Assembly (NCBI GenBank): GCA_934358495.1
Contig: CAKRKO010000002.1
Location: 6,634 to 70,633, forward strand
Length of the DNA stretch: 64,000 nt
Source: an uncultured Eubacterium sp.
GTDB lineage: Bacteria; Bacillota; Clostridia; Lachnospirales; Lachnospiraceae
Reading direction: 5' to 3'
Position numbers and translations under genes: made by a program. Within the stretch, counting starts at the first letter, position 1, and the number at the start of each line of letters is the position of its first letter. Positions 1 through 8,652 of this stretch are shown piece after piece. The notes under the pieces were generated by a model. The model was not told the DNA's origin, did no database searches, and saw only the letters and a list, made by a program, of their open reading frames with translations.

Positions 1-225
1 CTCTGTATTTAGTTTTACCAGACCGTTATACATCGCCAGTCCGGCCGGTGTCACCCGGAGTCCGCTTTGTTTGCTCCGTAAAAAAAGTGAAAAGCCGAGT
101 TCATCCTCCATGGCTGCAATATTTCTGCTGAATGCTGGCTGCGTTATATGAATGTTCTGCGCTGCAACCGTAAAATTCAAAGTTTTTACAGCTTCCATAA
201 AACATTCAAACATTGTTAATGTCAT
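1..225 (-). CDS. LysR-family transcriptional regulator, N-terminal wHTH part (rest of gene lies outside the window)
   Basis: Manual minus-strand translation from ATG at 225: MTLTMFECFMEAVKTLNFTVAAQNIHITQPAFSRNIAAMEDELGFSLFLRSKQSGLRVTPAGLAMYNGLVKLNTE, open to base 1. This is the classic LysR HTH pattern (TQPAFS..I..LE..LG..LF.R). It is absent from the ORF track because there is no stop in the window. Confidence 0.8.
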   Translation of the reverse strand, partial: MTLTMFECFMEAVKTLNFTVAAQNIHITQPAFSRNIAAMEDELGFSLFLRSKQSGLRVTPAGLAMYNGLVKLNTE

Positions 226-303
226 TTTCATTCCCCCTAATGTGCAAAATTCTCTCTTATCATATATTGTAACAGATTTTCTTTTGTTAGGTATATATAA
301 TAC

Positions 304-334
304 GCAAAAAGCACAGCCATTCTGGACTGTGCCT
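304..334 (-). terminator. Rho-independent terminator downstream of the MFS gene
   Basis: On the minus strand, GCACAG-N10-CTGTGC hairpin followed by TTTTTG, about 45 nt after the MFS stop codon. Confidence 0.55.
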
Positions 335-377
335 TTCACGTTTTTGCTTATACTAACTTTTTTATCAGAAGGTCTGA

Positions 378-1703
378 TTATTTACGCCCTACCAAAGCAT
401 CATCCAGCGTTTTTCCTGCTGCCTTGCGGTATTTATCATCCACTTCTTTTACATGTGATGGTTTGAAGAGCAACAGTAAAATCAGAGAAATTACACCTAC
501 AATCGCTGTTGTAATAAAAATCGTACGATATCCCCCTGCGGAATACATCAGCATTGCAATCAGCATCGGACCGGAAGAACAGATGATATTTCCAATCGGG
601 CTTGCTGTTGCGAACACACGGCTAAAATCCTCTCTGCGCCAGTACTGGGCTGCCATGGACACTCCAAAGTTTGAGGATGCTCCCATAAACAGCGCCAGGC
701 AGATCATGGAAATCAACAGCGTGATCGCATTTGGAATTGTTCCTAAAATACCGGAAATGATCATAATTACTACCGAGATGATCATAGCAAATTTTGTTCC
801 AAAACGGGTATCCAATACACCAAGAATAAAACTTCCGATACAACCAAAAATCATGATCATAGCCATAACACCGGTATATCCACCCACAAATGCCAGTTCA
901 TTTTCAAAGTTTGCAATAATTGCTGCAGACTGCGTCATCATACCTACGGAAAACATTAACAATGTTCCTACTGGAATTGTGATCAGCCAGAAATCACGAC
1001 AGGCCAGTGTATGCGGTAATGTCCATACAGAAGTCTTTTTGTTTTCGATTTCTTCCAGCATCATCTTTTCTGCAATTTCCGGTGTCAGATTCTTATCATT
1101 ATCTCTGTATGCTCCACACTGTTCCGGATAATCTTTGATAAAGATCAGACCGATGATCCATCCGATCACAAATACGATAAAAAATGGTAAAAATGCACCG
1201 GTAACATCCGGAAAACCTTTTGCAAACACACTTGCGGCAAACGGTCCGATCAGACCATTTGCAATTGGAAATGCAAACGTTGCAATACCCATGATGGTTC
1301 CTTTTCTGGTAGGGAACCACTGACCAACCAGAATACCGATAGAGAATGTTGCATACAGAACAGAAACAACATTTTCAACAGCATAACACAGCATCCAGAT
1401 TGGTCCTGCCGGAAGCACCATAATCCCTAGTCCTAATAATAATGTAACCGCACCAAGAATACTTCCGAACCTCTTGATACTTTTCAGCTTTGAAATCAAT
1501 CCGGCCATGGTCAGCTGAGCAAGTACTCCAATAATTGCACAGATAGAATATACTTTTGATAATACCTGTGCTCCACCATACATATCAGCCAGAATATTCA
1601 ATGGATAGTTTGTAAAAACCTGATATGTAACAAATGCGATTGCCTGATAGATAATCAGCATCCATCCCCTGAATCCAAAATTGATTGTCTTTTTTTGATT
1701 CAT
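378..1703 (-). CDS. MFS transporter (oxalate/formate antiporter-like architecture), substrate unknown
   Basis: 441-aa ORF that is hydrophobic throughout, with two six-helix halves split by a charged loop (KDYPEQCGAYRDNDKNLTPEIAEKMMLEE). SD AGGAGGAG lies 6 nt upstream of the ATG. Confidence 0.8.
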   Translation of the reverse strand: MNQKKTINFGFRGWMLIIYQAIAFVTYQVFTNYPLNILADMYGGAQVLSKVYSICAIIGVLAQLTMAGLISKLKSIKRFGSILGAVTLLLGLGIMVLPAGPIWMLCYAVENVVSVLYATFSIGILVGQWFPTRKGTIMGIATFAFPIANGLIGPFAASVFAKGFPDVTGAFLPFFIVFVIGWIIGLIFIKDYPEQCGAYRDNDKNLTPEIAEKMMLEEIENKKTSVWTLPHTLACRDFWLITIPVGTLLMFSVGMMTQSAAIIANFENELAFVGGYTGVMAMIMIFGCIGSFILGVLDTRFGTKFAMIISVVIMIISGILGTIPNAITLLISMICLALFMGASSNFGVSMAAQYWRREDFSRVFATASPIGNIICSSGPMLIAMLMYSAGGYRTIFITTAIVGVISLILLLLFKPSHVKEVDDKYRKAAGKTLDDALVGRK

Positions 1704-1762
1704 AACCTTCTCCTCCTTTTTCCTGACACAACAACCTTATCTTGTCCTTTGTGCTGTATACA

Positions 1763-1993
1763 TTATAGCTTTTGAAAGTTAAAGAATGAAATGCTATTAA
1801 AACATGAGCTCATGCATTGCATTACTTTTATTTTTGAATGACTACCGCATTTTTTATTTCTGCATTCATATTGGTGACAGACGTATTCCCCTTTCAGCTT
1901 TCCTTGACATTTCTTATATGATATGATAAATCTGTTCTGTTGTTGTTTTTGCAAATATCCAGAAATGACACTGCGATACACAGAATCTTTCAT
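1763..1993 (-). CDS. Hypothetical 76-aa Cys-rich small protein (doubtful)
   Basis: ATG at 1993 preceded by AAAGGAAG 11 nt upstream. Product MKDSVYRSVISGYLQKQQQNRFIISYKKCQGKLKGEYVCHQYECRNKKCGSHSKIKVMQCMSSC... has 7 Cys. I recognise no family, and the region is AT-rich. Confidence 0.25.
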   Translation of the reverse strand: MKDSVYRSVISGYLQKQQQNRFIISYKKCQGKLKGEYVCHQYECRNKKCGSHSKIKVMQCMSSCFNSISFFNFQKL

Positions 1994-2028
1994 GGATGCC
2001 AATGCTTCCTTTATTTAAGTATAAAATT

Positions 2029-2211
2029 GATGTTGGGGTCAAAAGATGCCTTACGAATTGTTCCGTACTTCGTACTCCCACAATTCTACCCAATATTCGC
2101 ATATCGTGAAGCTGACGCTCCACTTTTATGCTCATATCGGGGCGGGTCATTAAGCCATAAAACCACTCCTGTGCAAGCACATCGTGATTTCAGGCTTTTG
2201 ACCCTGGCATC
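2029..2211 (-). mobile_element. MITE-like 183-bp non-autonomous element, copy 1 (inverted relative to copy 2)
   Basis: Differs from 23739..23921 at only 2 of 183 positions. Imperfect 17-bp terminal inverted repeats GATGCCAGGGTCAAAAG / GATGTTGGGGTCAAAAG. Flanked by a direct 7-bp duplication TAAAATT (2022..2028 and 2212..2218). Confidence 0.8.
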
Positions 2212-2244
2212 TAAAATTGCATAAATTATTTTTTGGGGGAATAT

Positions 2245-3579
2245 ATGAAACTTAAGAACATGAACTGGTCTGAACTGAGACCGGAAGTCAAACAAGTCTG
2301 GCAGTTAAGTCTGCCCGCAATTTTAACACAAATCACAACCATTGCCATGCAGTACATTGATTCTGCCATGGTCGGTGCTCTGGGTGCTGCTGCCTCTGCC
2401 GCCATCGGTCTGGTCGTTGCCATGACCTGGCTGTACAACGGTGTGCTCTCTGCCGTTTCTGCCGGTTTTTCTGTGCAAGTGGCACATCACATCGGAGCCA
2501 ATCAGGATATGGAAGCCCGAAATGTTATGCGGCACGGTCTGATCAGTGCCCTGATCATTTCCGGCCTTTTATGTTTGAGCGGTCTCCTGCTCAGTCGTCC
2601 GTTGCCAATCGTGCTGGGCGGTGATCCTGCAATCTGCCCGGATGCAACTGCATACTTTTTTGTATATTCACTGATGATCCCATTTTCACAGTTGAATTCC
2701 CTGACATCGGCATTTTTGCAATGCAGCGGTGATATGGTAACACCAAGTATATTAAATGCCATCATGTGCGCCCTGGATGTAGCATTCAATGCCTTGTTTA
2801 TCCCACGTTTTGGTGTTCTCGGTGCCGGTATTGGAACTGCACTGGCGTGCGCTATCATCAGTCTGATCATGGCATGGCGCTGCTGTGTTTGCAATAAACG
2901 TCTGCGCTTCAGAAGTTCCGATTCACATCCATATAATCGTGATATTCTGAACAAAGCATTTCAAATTGGCATGCCAGTAGCCGTACAGGAGATCACCATG
3001 AACGGCGCCATGGTCATGTCCACTAAAATCATTGCTCCACTGGGAGCCACCGCTATCGCTGCAAACTCTTTTGCCGTCACAGCGGAAAGCCTGTGCTATA
3101 TGCCGGGATACGGCCTCGGCATGGCAGCAACCACACTGGTTGGGCGAAGTATCGGTGCCGGAGAAGTCAAAACTGCCAAACGCTATGGCAATATCAGTAC
3201 CGCCATGGGAGCTATTTTCATGGGCTGTACCGGTGCGGTCATGATGTTCGCCTGTCCGCTGGTTTTCCGGCTTCTGACACCAGATCTGACTGTACAGGCT
3301 ATGGCTGTTCATGTTCTTCGGATTGAATTGCTCGCAGAACCACTTTTTGGCGTGTCCATTGTGGCCGCCGGAGCATTGCGTGGAACCGGAGATACTTTCG
3401 TCCCAAGTCTGATGAACCTTGGCAGTATCTGGATCGTGCGTATCGGTCTGGCGTTGATACTCGTTAAACGCCTTGGTCTCGCAGGAATGTGGATTGCAAT
3501 GGCCATTGAGCTTTGTGTGCGAGGACTACTGATGCTGTATCGGCAACACACTACAAAATACTACCGTTCGCGCACTTAA
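2245..3579 (+). CDS. MATE-family efflux transporter
   Basis: ORF 2233..3579 (TTG in the track), with a likelier ATG at 2245 after GGGGGA. 12-TM-like hydrophobic protein with a typical MATE N-terminus (VWQLSLPAILTQITTIAMQYIDSAMVGALG) and an internal duplication. Confidence 0.85.
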   Translation: MKLKNMNWSELRPEVKQVWQLSLPAILTQITTIAMQYIDSAMVGALGAAASAAIGLVVAMTWLYNGVLSAVSAGFSVQVAHHIGANQDMEARNVMRHGLISALIISGLLCLSGLLLSRPLPIVLGGDPAICPDATAYFFVYSLMIPFSQLNSLTSAFLQCSGDMVTPSILNAIMCALDVAFNALFIPRFGVLGAGIGTALACAIISLIMAWRCCVCNKRLRFRSSDSHPYNRDILNKAFQIGMPVAVQEITMNGAMVMSTKIIAPLGATAIAANSFAVTAESLCYMPGYGLGMAATTLVGRSIGAGEVKTAKRYGNISTAMGAIFMGCTGAVMMFACPLVFRLLTPDLTVQAMAVHVLRIELLAEPLFGVSIVAAGALRGTGDTFVPSLMNLGSIWIVRIGLALILVKRLGLAGMWIAMAIELCVRGLLMLYRQHTTKYYRSRT

Positions 3580-3691
3580 TGTAAGGAACAAAAGGAAAAC
3601 ATCCAGGACAGACACGGGCATTTTTCTTTTTGTTCCATTTACACAGTGGCTCACATGCCACTTGAATCAGTCAATCATTTATAGCTGAAAT

Positions 3692-3869
3692 AGCAAAATC
3701 GGAGAAAATTATCTCGGTGAGCGATTAAGCGAACGACTGAGTTTCACAAGGTTTTGCGCGAGTGGAAGACGACCATCTTTTATAGGAGTCGAGAACGAGC
3801 GCGATGAAACCGCTGTGAAACGAAGGTAGTGAACGTCTAGCGAGCGAGATAATTTTCTCCGATTTTGCT
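3692..3869. repeat. Long inverted repeat: 25-bp perfect arms around a 128-bp core
   Basis: AGCAAAATCGGAGAAAATTATCTCG at 3692..3716 is the exact reverse complement of 3845..3869. Inner 8-bp arms are GTTTCACA / TGTGAAAC. It lies between the convergent MATE and ABC genes. Confidence 0.75.
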
Positions 3870-3897
3870 TTCATATATTAAATTTTAAGCATTGTTT

Positions 3898-5757
3898 TTA
3901 TTCCGCGAACTGGCTATTGTACAGATCTGCATAGAATCCGCCCTGCGCCAACAGTTCGTCATGAGAGCCCTGTTCAATGATATCGCCATCTTTCATGACA
4001 AGAATCATATCCGCATTTTTGATCGTAGACAACCGATGAGCAATCACGAAACTGGTCCGTCCCTTCATCAGATTATCCATAGCACTCTGGATCAGCGCTT
4101 CTGTTCTTGTATCAACGGAAGATGTAGCCTCATCCAGTATCAGAATGCGGTTATCTGCCAGTATCGCACGGGCGATGGTAAGCAGCTGTTTCTGTCCCTG
4201 AGAAATATTGCTTGCATCCTCATTCAGCTCCATGTCATAACCACCCGGCAGTGTCCGGATAAAATGATCTGCATGTGCTGCCTTTGCCGCTTCAACGACC
4301 TCTTCATCTGTAGCCTCCAGACGTCCGTAACGGATATTTTCCATAATGGTTCCCTTAAAAAGCCAAGTATCCTGTAATACCATTCCAAAAGCGTCTCTTA
4401 ACTCCCGGCGGTTGAAATCGCGGATATCATGACCATCAATGCGGATGGAACCACTGTTTACATCATAGAAACGCATCAACAGTTTTACCATCGTCGTCTT
4501 TCCGGCACCAGTCGGTCCAACGATAGCGATCTTCTGTCCGGCTGCCGCCTGTGCGCTGAAATCATGGATGATCATCTGATCTGCATTATAGCCAAAGCTT
4601 ACATGATCAAATTCAACATTTCCGACTACTTTTGTCACATCTGCAGGCTGCTCCACGATCTGGTCTTCTTCTTTCTCTTCCAGGAATTCAAATACACGCT
4701 CTGCCGCTGCTGCCATGGACTGCACCTGGTTTGTCACCTGTGCGATCTGCTGGATCGGCTGTGTGAAACTCTTCACATACTGGATAAATGCCTGGATATC
4801 TCCGATGGTGATAATACCACGGATTGCCAGCATACCACCGCTCAACGCTACCGCTGCGTAACCGAGGTTTCCGATAAACTGCATAATCGGCATCATGATT
4901 CCGGAAAGGAACTGGGATTTCCATGCAGAAGTATATAATACATCATTTGTCCGGTTAAACTGAGCGATCATTTCATCTTCTTTGTTGTAGGCTTTGATGA
5001 CCAGATGCCCGCCGTAGCTTTCCTCAACCTGACCATTGATATGCCCAAGGTATTCCTGCTGTGTAATGAAGTGCTTTTGGGATTTTTTCACCACCAGGGA
5101 AACACAGATTCCAGAGACCGGCAGTACCACCAGCGCGATCAATGTCATCAGCGGGGAGATGCTGAGCATCATCACCAGTACACCGATGATGGTAGCTGTA
5201 GATGTAATGATCTGAGTCACACTCTGGTTTAAACCCATCCCCAGTGTATCCACATCATTGGTAATTCTGGATAACACTTCACCGTACGTACGGCTCTCAA
5301 AATATTTCATCGGCATGCGGTTGATCTTCTCTGTAATTTCTTTTCGCATCCGGTAACAGATTCTCTGTGTAATACCGGTCATGATCCAGCCCTGCACAAA
5401 ACTCAGTACGGAACTGAGCAGGTATAATCCCAGCACAAACAGCAGCACTTTTCCTATATAGGAAAAATCAATGCCGCCGGTTCCGGCTACTTTTGCCATC
5501 AGACCTTCTGCCAGGCCTGTCGTCGCCTTACCAAGTACCTTCGGGCCAAGCACACTGAACACTGTGGAACATGCTGCGATGATCATAACAAACACAACGG
5601 CGATTTTATATTTTCCCATATAGCGGAGGATTTTTCCGATAGAACCTTTAAAATCTTTGGCTTTCTCGCCCGGTGCCATGCCACGGCCATGTCCCATCGG
5701 TCCTCCCATACCACGTTTTGATCTGGAAGCGGAATTCATATTTCTTTCATTACTCAT
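3898..5757 (-). CDS. ABC exporter, fused permease/ATPase subunit (heterodimer partner 2)
   Basis: 619 aa with an N-terminal 6-TM domain, Walker A GPTGAGKTT, signature LSQGQKQLL and Walker B ILILDEATS. Overlaps the upstream partner gene by 8 nt. Confidence 0.9.
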   Translation of the reverse strand: MSNERNMNSASRSKRGMGGPMGHGRGMAPGEKAKDFKGSIGKILRYMGKYKIAVVFVMIIAACSTVFSVLGPKVLGKATTGLAEGLMAKVAGTGGIDFSYIGKVLLFVLGLYLLSSVLSFVQGWIMTGITQRICYRMRKEITEKINRMPMKYFESRTYGEVLSRITNDVDTLGMGLNQSVTQIITSTATIIGVLVMMLSISPLMTLIALVVLPVSGICVSLVVKKSQKHFITQQEYLGHINGQVEESYGGHLVIKAYNKEDEMIAQFNRTNDVLYTSAWKSQFLSGIMMPIMQFIGNLGYAAVALSGGMLAIRGIITIGDIQAFIQYVKSFTQPIQQIAQVTNQVQSMAAAAERVFEFLEEKEEDQIVEQPADVTKVVGNVEFDHVSFGYNADQMIIHDFSAQAAAGQKIAIVGPTGAGKTTMVKLLMRFYDVNSGSIRIDGHDIRDFNRRELRDAFGMVLQDTWLFKGTIMENIRYGRLEATDEEVVEAAKAAHADHFIRTLPGGYDMELNEDASNISQGQKQLLTIARAILADNRILILDEATSSVDTRTEALIQSAMDNLMKGRTSFVIAHRLSTIKNADMILVMKDGDIIEQGSHDELLAQGGFYADLYNSQFAE

Positions 5758-8077
5758 GTTTTTCTGCCTCCTCTCCGTCTGTTAATCCAAGTTCTTTTGC
5801 GGACATCTGAGATTTTGCAATCTCCTGATATACGGTACAGTGTTTCATCAGTTCCTCATGGGTTCCTTTTCCGACGATCTCCCCTTCATCCAGCACAAGG
5901 ATCTGATCTGCATGTAAAATTGTACTGATACGCTGTGCCACGATGATCACCGTGCTGTCCTGAACGGTATCTGAGAGTGCTTTCCTCAGTTTTGCATCTG
6001 TCTTCAGATCCAGTGCGGAAAAGCTGTCGTCAAACACAAAGATCCTCGGATGTTTTGCAATGGCACGGGCAATGGCAAGACGCTGTTTCTGCCCGCCGGA
6101 CACATTCGTTCCGCCCTGGGCGATCGGAGATTCATATTTCTCCGGTTTTTCTTCGATAAATTCTTCCGCCTGGGCAATCTGTGCCGCCTGAACCACCTGG
6201 GCATCCGTTGCTTCGGCGTTTCCAAAACGCAGGTTTGATGCGATGGTTCCGGAGAACAGCACTCCTTTCTGTGGTACAAATCCAATCTGCTGACGCAGGT
6301 CTTTCATAGAAAGTTCCCGGATATCAATACCGTCCAGTGTTATGCTTCCTTTCGTCACATCATACAGACGCGGAATCAGATTCACGATGGTAGATTTTCC
6401 ACAGCCGGTACTTCCGATGATCGCCGTAGTCTCCCCCGGATAAGCTGTGAAGTCAATGTCGTGGATCGCCGGCTCCCTGCTGCCCGGATATGTGAAATCC
6501 ACATGGTCAAATTTCAACACACCCTCTGATGTTTCGATATGTTTCGGTTCTGCCGCTTCCCGGATTGTAAAATCTGTATGCAATACTTCATCAATACGGT
6601 CTGCTGCCACACCGGCACGCGGAAGCATAACAGACATCATTGTCAGCATCAGGAATGCCATAACGATCAGCATCGCATACGTGATAAATGCAGTCATGGA
6701 ACCAACCTGCATCACTCCAAGATCTATTTTTTTAGCTGCCACCCAGACAATAGCCACTGTCAGTGCATACATGATCAGCATCATACCGGGCATCATCAGC
6801 GTCATGACACGGTTTGTGAAAAGCATGGTCTTTGTCAGTTCACGGTTCACACCATCAAACCGTTCTTCCTCTTTATCCTCACGACGGAATGCACGGATAA
6901 CCGGAAGGCCTGTCAGTATCTCTCTGGAAACAAGGTTGACATCATCCACCTTTTCCTGCATCCGTTTAAATTTCGGCATTGCCACACTCATCAGGATCAT
7001 GACAAATGCCAAAATCACAATGACAGCCACTACGATCAGCCAGCCCATTCCTGCTTTTGTCTGCACGACTTTGATGATGCCACCGATACCGATGATTGGT
7101 GCATATGCAAGCATTCGTAAGAATATGGCCGTTACCATCTGAATCTGCTGCACATCATTTGTACTTCTGGTAATCAGGGATGCCGTAGAAAAATGCTCCA
7201 TTTCCGCATTTGAAAATCGCATAACCTTCTCGTACAGTCTGCCACGCAGGGAGCGTCCAACGCCTGCACCGACTCTGGAAGCCAGATAAGATACAAAAAT
7301 AGCACAGGCCATCATCGCAGCTGCCAGACCTGCCATCTGCAATCCCTTTTTCCACAGGTATGCCGTCTGGATTTTTGCCAGATCCAGTCCTGCATCCTCA
7401 TCGCAGGCAGCTGCATACGCTGATCCGGTGGAAATGATCATTGATTCTCCCATACTATCCACCATATCCTGCATAGACTCCCGCATGGAAAGCACCGTAC
7501 CTTCATCCATCTGTCCGGAGGCAACCATTGCTTCAAAAATTGGGCGAACATCCACACAGTTTACCGTTTGTGTACTTCCATCATCCTGCTCAACTTCTTT
7601 TTCCGATACCTTCAGTTCCGCTCCAAGCATCTGTCCAATCTGCTCCAGGCTCATCTGCTCGTATACGGATACGTCCTGCCCGGTCTGCTCTGCCAGCATT
7701 TCTTTGAACTGTTCTTCTTCCATCTGAGACATCTGATAATCCAGGATCAACGGAATCGCAAATTCGGAATCCAGTTCAGCCAGGGTATCTTTGTCTGTTA
7801 CAGAACAACCATACGTATCATGTTGTGTTGCCTCGTAAGCGGAAGCCCATTGTTCCTTTTCCTCTTTCGTCATAAAAAGCTGCGAATTCTCATATTCCTC
7901 CGATGTCATTTCCTGCGGAAGGACATGTTCGATTCCTTTATTCTGAATACCTACATCAATGATATCAGCAGTATATGTCGGCAGTGCCAGATCACAATAG
8001 GCCTGGATCACAAGCACCGCCACAATCACAAGGATCGATTTCCAGTACGGAATCATATTTTTAAAAATTTTCTTCAT
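5750..8077 (-). CDS. ABC exporter, fused permease/ATPase subunit (heterodimer partner 1) with a large loop insertion
   Basis: 775 aa with Walker A GSTGCGKST, signature VSGGQKQRL and Walker B IFVFDDSFS. A ~195-aa acidic segment sits between the first and second hydrophobic helices. Confidence 0.9.
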   Translation of the reverse strand: MKKIFKNMIPYWKSILVIVAVLVIQAYCDLALPTYTADIIDVGIQNKGIEHVLPQEMTSEEYENSQLFMTKEEKEQWASAYEATQHDTYGCSVTDKDTLAELDSEFAIPLILDYQMSQMEEEQFKEMLAEQTGQDVSVYEQMSLEQIGQMLGAELKVSEKEVEQDDGSTQTVNCVDVRPIFEAMVASGQMDEGTVLSMRESMQDMVDSMGESMIISTGSAYAAACDEDAGLDLAKIQTAYLWKKGLQMAGLAAAMMACAIFVSYLASRVGAGVGRSLRGRLYEKVMRFSNAEMEHFSTASLITRSTNDVQQIQMVTAIFLRMLAYAPIIGIGGIIKVVQTKAGMGWLIVVAVIVILAFVMILMSVAMPKFKRMQEKVDDVNLVSREILTGLPVIRAFRREDKEEERFDGVNRELTKTMLFTNRVMTLMMPGMMLIMYALTVAIVWVAAKKIDLGVMQVGSMTAFITYAMLIVMAFLMLTMMSVMLPRAGVAADRIDEVLHTDFTIREAAEPKHIETSEGVLKFDHVDFTYPGSREPAIHDIDFTAYPGETTAIIGSTGCGKSTIVNLIPRLYDVTKGSITLDGIDIRELSMKDLRQQIGFVPQKGVLFSGTIASNLRFGNAEATDAQVVQAAQIAQAEEFIEEKPEKYESPIAQGGTNVSGGQKQRLAIARAIAKHPRIFVFDDSFSALDLKTDAKLRKALSDTVQDSTVIIVAQRISTILHADQILVLDEGEIVGKGTHEELMKHCTVYQEIAKSQMSAKELGLTDGEEAEKHE

Positions 8078-8652
8078 TTCCGTGATTTCCTCTCTTCCTC
8101 TTTCTTTTGCCCCTCTCGAATCTTCTCCAGTTCTTCTTTTGCCAGATCATACTGCTGATAAATATAAGTTACCAGCCGCGCCATCTCTTCTTTATCCGTT
8201 TTTTCAAATACACGACGAACAAATTCATTCATAATGTCATTCGATTCCTTTAAAGCTTCCTGCCCGGCTTCTGTAATCTCCACCAGCGTATTTCTACGAT
8301 CCTTCTGATCCACAAATCGTCTGACATATCCTTTTTCTTCCAATGCCTTGATGGTGCGGGACACCGCCGGTGGCAGCGCATGGGTATATTCAGCCAGTTC
8401 TGACATCTTCACCCCGTGCTTCGAACCGATCTTTTTCTGCACATGATAAATACCATTCATCAGCACAAACTCGCCTTTGTTCAGATGCGGCAGAATGCTG
8501 CCGATATTCAGCTTTCGAAACATATGCAGTGCTTCCCACACGTTCTGTTCCATGTGTTCCATCTGTCCCCTGCATTTAAAATGATTCCTGCAATCTGAAA
8601 AATCAGAATCATTTTTTTCATTTTTCTGTTCTTTGTTCTCTTTCTCTTCCAT
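8074..8652 (-). CDS. MarR-family transcriptional regulator (first gene of the MarR-ABC-ABC operon)
   Basis: wHTH core MSELAEYTHALPPAVSRTIKALEEKGYVRRFVDQKDRRNTLVEITEAGQ. The track ORF starts at a TTG at 8679, but the ATG at 8652 (MEEKEN...) downstream of AAAGGAGGA is more plausible. Overlaps the ABC gene by 4 nt. Confidence 0.85.
   Translation of the reverse strand: MEEKENKEQKNEKNDSDFSDCRNHFKCRGQMEHMEQNVWEALHMFRKLNIGSILPHLNKGEFVLMNGIYHVQKKIGSKHGVKMSELAEYTHALPPAVSRTIKALEEKGYVRRFVDQKDRRNTLVEITEAGQEALKESNDIMNEFVRRVFEKTDKEEMARLVTYIYQQYDLAKEELEKIREGQKKEEERKSRK

Noticed and set aside
424-1131. 235-aa plus-strand ORF (and the smaller ORFs 622..843, 1099..1320, 1135..1323) overlapping the MFS gene.
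   Set aside because: They are antisense or alternative frames of a well-supported 12-TM transporter gene, with a low-complexity I/P/S-rich product and no SD.
3585-3636. AT-rich hairpin GGAACAAAAGGAAAA ... TTTTTCTTTTTGTTCC right after the MATE stop, as a terminator.
   Set aside because: It is plausible, but the stem is almost entirely A-T with a 21-nt loop. That is too weak to list as a feature with confidence, so it is mentioned only in the context of the larger inverted repeat.
6447-7142. 231-aa and 193-aa plus-strand ORFs (6447..7142, 6539..7120) and the ORFs at 7428..8158 inside the ABC exporter gene.
   Set aside because: They are antisense to a gene with clear Walker and signature motifs. 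The products are compositionally odd (His/Cys/Ser-rich).
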